A DNA stretch of 64,000 nucleotides from Lytechinus pictus (taxonomy: Eukaryota). Under the pieces are notes generated by a model, which was not told the DNA's origin, searched no databases, and saw nothing but the letters and a program-made list of their open reading frames with translations. Below, one piece after another: positions 54,711 through 64,000 of this stretch. The stretch spans positions 9,672,001 through 9,736,000 of the forward strand of contig NW_026974140.1 of NCBI RefSeq assembly GCF_037042905.1. The letters are read 5' to 3'. Within the stretch, counting starts at the first letter, position 1. Each line of letters opens with the position of its first letter. A program made the position numbers and the translations under genes.

Positions 54711-55155
54711 TTAGGGTCTGTTTGAATATGGCTTTTTAATGGAAATCATTCATAATCACACTTCGTGGGACCTTGGGAGGGCCGGGGCGTAGGCTAGAGT
54801 TTCTTCCTTTGAAAACATATCTTAGCGATTTTCATGCGGCCGTTTTTTCCCCCAGTGTTTAACGATTTGTAAGTTGTTTTGTACGTCTTTAGAAAGAACA
54901 TTATCACTAAATTAATTGAAATAAAGAATAAGAAAGCGGAGTTTGCGGTGCCCAAAGCGCTCCGCATTACCATAATTGCCAATAAAAAAAACCGTGTAGG
55001 AAAAAACAAACTCGACATAGGCAATATTATTTAAACAGACTACACGAACTAGGTCCGTCCTTCATAATTTTATTCAACGTTTATTTGTATCCTATCGCAA
55101 ATCTTCCAATTTGAAAATGACATTTCATCTCAAATCAGCCATTATGTATCAAGAA

Positions 55156-55302
55156 CACTAAAAATGAAGTGCTAATGCTTGTATAGTGACTGCATTTCGG
55201 AGTGCTAATTTTTCTAGTACAAATTTGAAAGAAAAAAAAAGGTCAGCACTCCGAAGTGCAGTCACTATTTAAGAGCTAAATAAGCACTTCACTTTTTAGA
55301 GT
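55156..55302. mobile_element. Second, more diverged member of the 47167-47288 MITE family
   Basis: CACTAAAAATGAAGTGCT ... AGCACTTCACTTTTTAGAG; shared internal TCAGCACTC..AGTGCAGTCACT, also present inverted. Confidence 0.8.
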
Positions 55303-55943
55303 TAAGGATATGCCAAATTTATAGGCCTAACTGGTAAGATAATATCTAACATTAAGTAATTTGACGCCTTCATTCCATAATGCATAAAGACGTTGTGAAT
55401 ATCTGAAAAATGTGAAGGATTATTCAGAATGGGCTAGATCGAAGGAAATGCCATAGGGCCTAATCACGCTGTTTTGAAATCGTTTCTACTGATTGCAGAC
55501 ATAGACGAGTATATGTCTTCTCGATTCGTCTGTCTCTGGGTAATGTATCATATGTATTTTTCCATCCTTCTTCCACATATGCTCGCGAGTGAAGTAATTA
55601 AAATTATGTTGTTTAATGTTGCTTTGTTCAGAACCTTAAGAACCTTGAACATGGAGGAGTATTCTTGGAGCATGAATAAACGCAGCTCCTGCGTTTGTTA
55701 TCGTATCTTTAGACGCAAGGACGATGGTTCATTTTCAAGTCTGATATTTTTTTTGCAATTATGTCAACAGGATAACATATTATACACATATATATTTATA
55801 TATAGGGCATATGCCTTATGATAACAAATAACATAATTTTAATACTGCGAAATGAATATTAACAATCAACTGACATATGGGTTTTCCCACAGACCCGAGA
55901 TACTCAATGATTTGTTGCCCGAAGGTTTGATGGTTGTAAATTT

Positions 55944-56172
55944 GGATTCCATGACATTTGCTCCGGCGACAATTGCTCCGCTCTAAATTCCACACACTAC
56001 TAGTAATCGAATGATCAACATTAATAACCCTGGGTTTAACGCTATACCCTACCCTAAACTTATCCATAAATCTATAACATACAACCCTATTGCAACACTA
56101 TCCCTAACCCTACATCTTAGACGAAATTTATAAGCCGAGAGCGATTGTCGCAGGAGCAATTGTCGTGTCATC
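55944..56172. mobile_element. MITE with 8-bp TSD and telomere-like internal repeats
   Basis: TIRs ATGACATTTGCTCCGGCGACAATTGCTC / GAGCGATTGTCGCAGGAGCAATTGTCGT; flanks GTAAATTT (55936-55943) / GTAATTTT (56173-56180); degenerate CCCTAA units at ~56025-56112. Confidence 0.85.
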
Positions 56173-59100
56173 GTAATTTTGTTGATACCATGAATGAGTA
56201 ATTCCATGCTCTTTTCATTTTGCCAGAGATAAGGCCATTACAGACATCTCTGTGTCCCACTACAAATGCAAAAGATCAATGTTTTAAGTTCAGCTTAAAA
56301 ACGTTACACTTTGTGGTCGTTTTCGATGGAAGATGACACAGAACTACCCTGGTTAATTAGGCGCTATCCGGTATGTTGCCAAGGAATTTATGGTTTGCTG
56401 ATCGCGTGCCATGTGCATCCTACTTTTGGACAAGCGATGCGTCTTCATAGGTTAGTTCACATACGTCACACCAATGCCTCTCTTTGAAGAAAAAAAACAG
56501 AACCCCAAATTTAATTTTGAGTTGTAGCTTTAAAGGAGGCCTAAATCTTATTCATGTTTCGATAACATTTTTTTTAAATCCATATCACACATTCAAAGTG
56601 TTATGTTCGAACAATGAGAACTGTCTTCAGTTAGCAACGATCGGCAGCTAAGGGCACAACAGAAACAAAAAGAAAGTTCATCGCTCATCTTCAAATTATT
56701 TTTTACGCCTAAAATACACATATCGCCGGTTCTCAAGTAACTTCCAGCCGATTCAAAAGTAGGCCTACCTTTGAATCGATGTAATAAGAATGTGCTGACT
56801 GTGTGTCACTTCAAGTCATGATTTATAGTAAAGATAAATTCAAAGAGCATGAAGAGTAAGAACGCGTCCTCACCAATTTAGGTTGAAGTGCACCGTGCGA
56901 AATACATTCGGACAGGTTCATCATATCTTTTTCGTGAGGGCATGACTTTTATGCCTTTTGATTTCCTCACCAACGAACCCGCGATCGTTTCATGGGCAGA
57001 TTACATATCACAGTCGACACAGATTTACGATCTGTTATTCTTGATAGAAAAATTGAATCGCAGTGATGGTATCGCTTTTGTAGCAAAACATAAGTCTTAA
57101 AGCTACATATCAAGCACTGGGTACGAAGTCTAACCAGACATCAATTTAATTTGGATAGATTATGGGGAATATATTACATGGTGTTACATATACGCAGGGA
57201 GGGAGGGGGGGGGGGGTAGGTGTAGGGCTGCGCTTGCCCTCGTGAAATATATAAACAATTATTGCATATTTTCTTTTAAAAATATCTACGTCATTTGCCA
57301 AAACGTGAAACTAATCAGTTATCTTCAATTATATAAACAAATAAGAAAAATTGGCATTCGAAAATTATTTAAACCAAATAATTATGATAGAAGAACGATA
57401 ATTTTGAAAATGTGGTAGATTCTATGGTTTTAGCAAATGTGGAATTCGTGTGGAATTGCCTTGCCGTATGTCAAACCTCTGTATTGAATTACCGTATTGC
57501 TATGAAATCTAAAAATAGAGTCGGGACGCATGGGAACACTGTTAAAAAAAAAGAAAGGGTAGAAGTATTAATAAGATAGTAAATTGTTATCATTACCATC
57601 GTTTCATTGCTTTTAATGCGATTAACAGTTGAATATGAAGATGTATTATATTATGATTATGACTCCTGATGGCAAGGTATAAGCCCATAATATTTGCATT
57701 AATAACCTCCATCTTCAAAGCATGATATAACGAAACTGTAAGCAATACAAGACATGGTTTATTCCCAAGTTAATAATATCAATAAAAATAGAGAGAATAA
57801 AGATAAAAAAACGAAGTGCGAAGAATAATTTCTTACATCACTTTATATATATGATTTATCTGTTATGTAGCATTCAGTATGCGAAATTGAGGGAAAATTA
57901 CTTTCTCTAATTCGCTAAAATGGTGACATCGAATATCATTTTGCTACCACTCTTCATTATAATGACGACGGGCATGTAAGATAATTATCATAATAATTGT
58001 TGTAATGATAAAATAGTCAAATTCTTAGTAATATTTATGATAATAAAGATAAAGTAAGTAGGGACGACAGTATGATAATGACTATGATAACTGAAATGAT
58101 TATGGTGTCAAATTTCATGTTTGAGGATCGCCTCTCTGTATCTTCAAAAACTCCAGGTAAAGAAAAAAAAACATACATTAAAACATTTATGAAATGAAAA
58201 CAGGTGGTGACAAATAGAGCTATACCAAACACGTGGTAATCATTATACTTCCAAATATTGGTTTCCGCAATATTACAACCGGAATCGTTGTGCCTGATAA
58301 CCAAACAGACTTTAAGTTTGTGTATTGTCTTATCAAAATCCTGTTATGAACCAATTTGGGAGAATTTTGGGAACATCAAGGTCTCATAATATGACTGAAA
58401 GGTCGAAATGAAAATCCTGCATTTATAATGATAGGCGCATGCTCCTGTCTCGTCGTTAAAGGGCGTTGTGTGTTTGTTGTCTCCTCTGAAATACATGTTT
58501 GTCGAAAGGAACTCAGTACGGACATTGTGGTGCTGTTTAGTAAAATTCTGCACGATTGCAACATTTTCCTTGGTTTTATCTGAGCTACATATACATGTAG
58601 GGTATATCATTTAGCTTTATCATGTTTATGTATCAACCTTTTTGTAGAATACACTATAGGTGCCACGAGCCTAATTACATCAGGAGGGCTAAATATATTC
58701 GTTCGATCCAACCCATTCGATTTTTTTCAATTTGATATTGCTGATTAACAAAAGTGTATGAATATGATTCAAAATCTAACACTGATTGTAGAAATAGTAA
58801 CTACTGAACTTCCTTTGCCCAAATTGGGAAGATGTATCAATGATTTTGAACTATTTTTTGAGTGGCGGAAGAATTGGGGCTATTTTACTGTTTCAGGTGA
58901 TGAGTTTGATCCCATCATAGTTTTCTTCATAAATGGCGATTTATTTTTAAAATGAGCTGGCTACGATACCCTTCTCTGGTCAGATATGGAATGTCAGATA
59001 TATATCCTATCCAAAGGTAGTAAACATTCGACCCTTTAATTTCACATTTTATTTTTTATGAATTTTCTTAAGTGCCGTTTTAACACACAAGTCTATGGGG

Positions 59101-60830
59101 AATGTTTTACGCGCGTGACACCTATAAACTCCTGGGTCAACACATTTTCAATGTATTTCTTATAATCATTCATTCTATTTCGCTCGATGCAAGAGAGGAA
59201 TACCAATTACGTAGGTCTTTGATTTCGACCAATCGTAATTATATTGCAAGACTTTCAAAGCTTTTTAACAACGTGTAACATTTTTATAAAATGTTGTATT
59301 CAGGTTGCAATCCAATTAGTCATTCAATAGGCGTTAATGCTGCATTGTCCCCCTAAAAAAGAAATATAATAACGAAGTTACCTAAACCATGTAAACTTAA
59401 TTGGAGTTTTAACAAGTCTTATGTTCGTTTATTCTTTCGGCATGATATATATCATAGCAACGAATAAGTTTGTTATTGGAGTACTAGTTACCCTTGGAAA
59501 TGAAATAGTTTTGTTATATGACTGTAATAACCCTGAGTTAGAAATAAATCAAATTGGGGCGTAATTTCTTGTTACAAGGAAGAGGTCTAGTAGAGATAGC
59601 TTGCCTTAGGGAATATCATTGATTAATGACAATGGAATAGAGTTGAAGCGTGGTCTCGTTCAACAATGATGAAAGATGGTGACAAGGTTGTAAAGATACG
59701 GGTGACCCTTGCACCCCTGAGGGACCCCACTACATCCAAGAGGAGCACCAATAAATTCCCAGACTAAATCTAGACTTACACACATGCATTCGGTTACCGT
59801 GCCTGTTGTTAAATGGGACGTAGAGGAGACATTCCTCTGTTTTGGGTCGTGTCTACACATATAGTTTTGTGTCTATTTTTGTGTAGTCCCTATATTATGT
59901 TATTCAAAATTTTAATGATCGCCTTATGGGAAGTGACTGGGCTGCTTTTCTGTAAAGACTGTGAAAAGAGGCTGGCGATGTGAACTGCTAATACAGAAAA
60001 CCACAGGGTACATGCTTCCAAAGTTGTTACAGGCATCTTCAAGCAGATTTAGATTTGATGTAATTGTAAATTAGGAGGGCTCTTATTCAGATATTCATTT
60101 TACTCAACAGGGTACAGAAATTGAACAATGTTGAACTATTTGTAATAAGATGTATCGGTGTGTCCTGAAATCTTGGAGAGTTGCAGACTCCGCAAATCCG
60201 AAAATCACTCCGTATAAACGCCCCTGATATTAAGAAGTATTGATGACAGCGTGGGTTGGATAACTTGGATTGGTCATCTGTTTGCAGTGATACCACAAAT
60301 CGTGACTTTGATGAGGATGGTGAATGAAAACGATCAGTATCAATGAGCAGGGAGGGGTCTACCGCGTTAAACTCTAACGAGCTGTTTCCCTCTCACTCTG
60401 TAGGTTGCCCTACATGGATTTTATCTCATGGTGACGCCATCTAGGGACTGCAGAAGAGATCTTAACGACCCGCAATCATATCCAATCTTCGTCAATCACC
60501 AACTCGTGTATAGGGCTCCCCTTTCTCCCTAAAAACGCAATAGTATTCTGAATGATTTCACCGAGGAGTTACTTCTTGATTTCACCAACCATTTCCTCTA
60601 CAGCCACTGCCTTCCTTTGATTCGTGTAACATTGATTATGTGTCATGTCCCCAATAATCTATAAGTCGAAATTGAGAAAGTGTTCGCACGTCACGTGGTT
60701 GCGAATGATTCATATTTGGCATAGGGTAGTCAAACATTATAAGAATACATTTCTTAGACGAATAATTGTATTCATATAACTACCAGAATCTATCAAGCTT
60801 TTTTTTATCTCTTCTCTTTCTGTATAACAG

Positions 60831-61000
60831 AAGCCAAGTCCACTCATCACCTCGCTATGGCGGATTCTTCTCAAGATCACGTACCAATATGATTTCAGCT
60901 TTGGGTCCAACAGGTGTACATAACCGTATATGTAGGTATGGTCGTTTCAAGAGGGATTGCTGCCCAGGATGGAGGAGGAATGCACAAGGGGATTGCGAAC
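60831..61000 (+). CDS. NPNT: Nephronectin/EGFL6-like protein, coding exon 2 (N-terminal Cys module preceding the EGF repeats); gene continues beyond the window
   Basis: Polypyrimidine tract plus CAG acceptor; encodes (R)SQVHSSPRYGGFFSRSRTNMISALGPTGVHNRICRYGRFKRDCCPGWRRNAQGDCE(P?); donor AAC|GTAAGT, phase 1. Cys spacing matches vertebrate NPNT (LCRYGGRIDCCWGWARQSWGQCQP) and EGFL6 ([23 protein letters not shown]) as recalled. It is probably a co-ortholog of both; fibrillin/VWCE-type N-termini fit less well. Confidence 0.88.
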
Positions 61001-61229
61001 GTAAGTAGATGAATGTTCTTACCAAAGACCATGATCAATACCAAAGGAAAGCCCTAAAATCTCACCAAAATCTGATGGAAATGTTCTTCAGAACTCTACA
61101 TTTTCTTTAACATATGAAAGTGAGAAATATCCGACATGGTAGATATGCATTGAGTGAGCAGAAGATAAGACAGTTGAGCTTGACTTAAATTAGCTATTAA
61201 TCGCAACTATAAATAAATGTGATTGTAGA

Positions 61230-61407
61230 CCAGGTGGGTGTTTCATAAAGCTGTTTGTAAGATACGAATTACTTTACGGACAACTGGTGATCCTTTCTTA
61301 TGCTAAATGATATCCCTGTATAATTGATTTATGACCTAAGAACATGTTCCAGTCGTTCGTAAAGTTGTGCGTAACTTTACGAACAGCTTTATGAAACACC
61401 CACCTGG
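61230..61407. mobile_element. PIF/Harbinger-like MITE
   Basis: ~30-bp near-perfect inverted ends CCAGGTGGGTGTTTCATAAAGCTGTTTGTAA / TTACGAACAGCTTTATGAAACACCCACCTGG; termini related to the 34776-34932 element. Confidence 0.9.
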
Positions 61408-61766
61408 ATTATTTGATATCCGAAGGTCATCTTCCGCGAAGAGATCATATCGTTTGAAGGAGAAGTCAACCTTCATTGGCAACCGAATAATTGCGTAAAG
61501 ATAGAAAAGTGAAATAAATACAGAACGAACACAGGCTGTATTTTTATTTCCTTGAGCCGTGCCTGACTATTTGAGAATTGAAAATTGTTCACTTATTATC
61601 ATTGCGGCTCAGGTTCTAGCTTGTAATATAACTGACTTCTAAACCATCATGCTTATATCAACATTATTATGACTTTGTAGCCTATAAGGCGTTCCCTGGA
61701 ACTTCGAAAGTGTTTAAATACCTCAAAGTCATGCAATGAGATGTTCCTTCCAACTTTCGTCATGTG

Positions 61767-62912
61767 CAGTGGCGTAACTACGGGGGGGGGGGGGGGGACA
61801 CGTGCCCCCCCCCCCCTTTGGCTGGCCAAAAAAAAAAAAAAAAAAAAAAAAAGGGAATTTAGGAGAAAAAGAGGGAGAAAGGAAGAGAAACGTAGCGGGA
61901 AAGAAGAAATTATTTTTCATTATAATTATAATGTTATATTACATCAATATTTTTTCATATTTTTATGAAACATAATTTGCTCAGGGCCTATGTCTTCATT
62001 GTTCCTTGTGCTCGTAATGTCTGTTTAACGAGATATATAATCATGTTGTACTAAAGCCTCCCGTTTTCAAGTCAATATACACCAAACATATTTCCTCGCA
62101 CGTCGAGTTAGTATTGTTTTATGTAGTGACATATGCTTCTTTTTCATGACTACTTAAAGTGATTGCCCCATTTTAGGCCTTAATATAAAACATTTCCTGT
62201 CCCTGCTTACGTTCGCATTAGTGGATTGGTGATATATGTCTGCTTTTCATGAATTCCTAAAATCAGTCCTTAAAATGTCCCTTTTTCTAATCTGAATATC
62301 AAAAATTTTCAGCTCGGACTTCGCGCTCGCATCATTCGGTTGGTGAAATACGAATTCCTACAAACAAGCCTTTAGAATGCCCCTCTCCCTAAATTTTCAG
62401 CTCATGCTTCGCGCTCGCAATATTTGATTATTGAGATGCGATTACAATGTCTACAAAAAGTGCTTCGTGTGTTTAGATGTAATTTTAATAAAATCAGCAA
62501 GCGCGTGGCACTCGCATTAGATGACTATGGTGAGATATGTATACTCTTAATGGATTCCTTAAAAAAATAATCCTTAAAATGCCCCTGTTTGGGGTCAATA
62601 TATACGAAAATTTCAGCTCGCGCTTCGCCGGCCTATTGTGGTGCTAGCACCACAATTGTTGTGCCAAGAGATGCAGTGTGAAACGAAACTAGGCTAAGGA
62701 AAAGTGGGGCTAACCATTAACCAATCACAGAGGTCGAAATTGCAGGTTAATCGCGCTCTGTATGGTAAAATCATTAATATTCATGAGCTGTGTGATAATC
62801 CGGGGTTAAGTTAATAGTATGCTGTTAAGGAAATGCAGTGTGAAAAGCGTATAAGTAACTAAAAACAAATTCTGGTGCCCCCCCAAATGCCATGACCCAC
62901 GGTACGCCACTG
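61767..62912. mobile_element. 1146-bp non-autonomous hAT element with 8-bp TSD
   Basis: TIRs CAGTGGCGTA / TACGCCACTG; TSD GTCATGTG (61759-61766) / GTCACGTG (62913-62920); poly-G/poly-C/poly-A near the left end; repeated internal TTTTCAGCTC..CTTCGCGCTCGCA modules. Confidence 0.9.
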
Positions 62913-64000
62913 GTCACGTGCTTTCGATCAAGGAGAGCACAACAGTTGGAACTTCCGGGATGGGAAACATACCAAGAGTCTGTTCTACACGCGCCTGACT
63001 TGAACCAGGTGCGAATCAGATTCCCTGACGAATCTTTTGATATTCTTTTGAGAACTTCCACGGTAGCATTTGCAGCTTCATCTCGACATTTGTTGTGGTG
63101 TGCGCTGACGGGCCTAGTACAACTCCGAGTAATGGGCGATCTTTCAAATTACAGTTGAAAAACTTGAAACACTATTGATAATAAAATGTCTGACAGGGGT
63201 AATTATGTTTTTAGTTTTCATTCATTACAAATTAACGTTTTTATACAAATAATTCTATTCAAATTTGGTTTGGATTTTTACAGACGGAAATTTGTTGCTC
63301 TGTTATCCTTTAGTGTCCTTTCATAGACCTTTCCACTCAAACAGCGACCGATAATCTTGACTTTCTCTATATTGATATTGATTGTATTCTACTCTTTCCT
63401 GTGTTTCTATTCCTAACAGAAAGTAATATCCATGTCCCATTATTATTGATATCATACCTCCATTGATAACTCAAATTTTTTGTAATCTGAGAGACCAGAC
63501 TTCACCTTGATTACGAACTTTTGGGGGACTCTAGGACGATCCTGTCTGGCGTGTATTGCTAATCACATTTGGCACCACTTGAACCTGCCTATAAGTTTAG
63601 TAAATAGGCTAACCAAAAAATAAAGTTTTTTTTCTGAATAGTTTTTTGGATTTCCCTCCCTCCTGCTGGGGAACGGGGAGATATCTAAACGAGTCTATCG
63701 GCTCGACGCGTCTGATTTGATTTGGACAAATTTACAATGTCGAATCTTTGGTATTTCTCGTGCCAAGTTCGCCACGTGGCACGGCGAACACGACTAGATA
63801 AAAGCGTGTGCGACGTGAGGAATGCTGCTGTCTGAGAAAATCCCCGATGAATGATGCAAAACCAGTGAAATTCCTTTTTTTTCTTCAAAATTTGTGAATG
63901 CTTTAAATGTAGCAATAATCCCCCCAAATTTAGGACAATGGTGAACGACATTCAATTTTCAATTTCTGTTAAATCATGCTGATATAGCGAAAATGCAGAC

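Larger units (their letters stand above)
11164..60830 (+). other. Inferred first intron (49,667 nt, GT-AG, phase 2)
   Basis: GTAAGT donor; acceptor TTTTTTTTATCTCTTCTCTTTCTGTATAACAG; AG|A restores an Arg codon and an open frame. No convincing coding exon was seen in between, but small exons cannot be excluded. Confidence 0.7.

Noticed and set aside
60766-61008. ORF as given in the track (80 aa)
   Set aside because: Only 60831-61000 is exon. The N-terminal 'MYSYNYQNLSSFFLSLLFLYN' is translated polypyrimidine tract, and the end runs into the GTAAGT donor.
61729-61968. Poly-Gly/Pro/Lys ORFs
   Set aside because: Translation of homopolymer runs at the left end of the hAT element.
63395-63470. Acceptor-like site as exon 3 of the nephronectin-like gene
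   Set aside because: The phase-1 continuation hits a stop within ~15 codons and has no EGF cysteines.

Overview
This is AT-rich eukaryotic genomic DNA (roughly 35-37% GC by eye). It has spliceosomal GT-AG signals, poly-G tracts and a MITE/SINE/LINE complement typical of an echinoid genome (Lytechinus-like by recall, not verified). The window holds the 5' part of one + strand gene for a secreted nephronectin/EGFL6-family extracellular-matrix protein. A signal-peptide exon (ATG 11105, donor after 11163) joins in phase 2 across a ~49.7-kb intron to a 170-nt exon (60831-61000) encoding the family's N-terminal CxYG..CCxGW..G.C module. The EGF-repeat exons lie beyond the window. The rest is upstream or intronic DNA: decayed LINE 3' ends (Rex1/Babar-like, Crack/L2-like), tRNA-derived SINEs, many non-autonomous DNA transposons (several nested, several with readable TSDs), tandem duplications and microsatellites. 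Almost all ORFs in the supplied track look spurious. I found no rRNA, intact tRNA, CRISPR array or intact transposase, and no demonstrably new biological system. The best leads are the processing-type motifs at the protein's N-terminus (YGGFF, RFKR, a NAGNAG acceptor at the signal-cleavage site), a ~177-bp triplicated repeat with frame-preserving indels, and a foldback-element cluster upstream of the gene.
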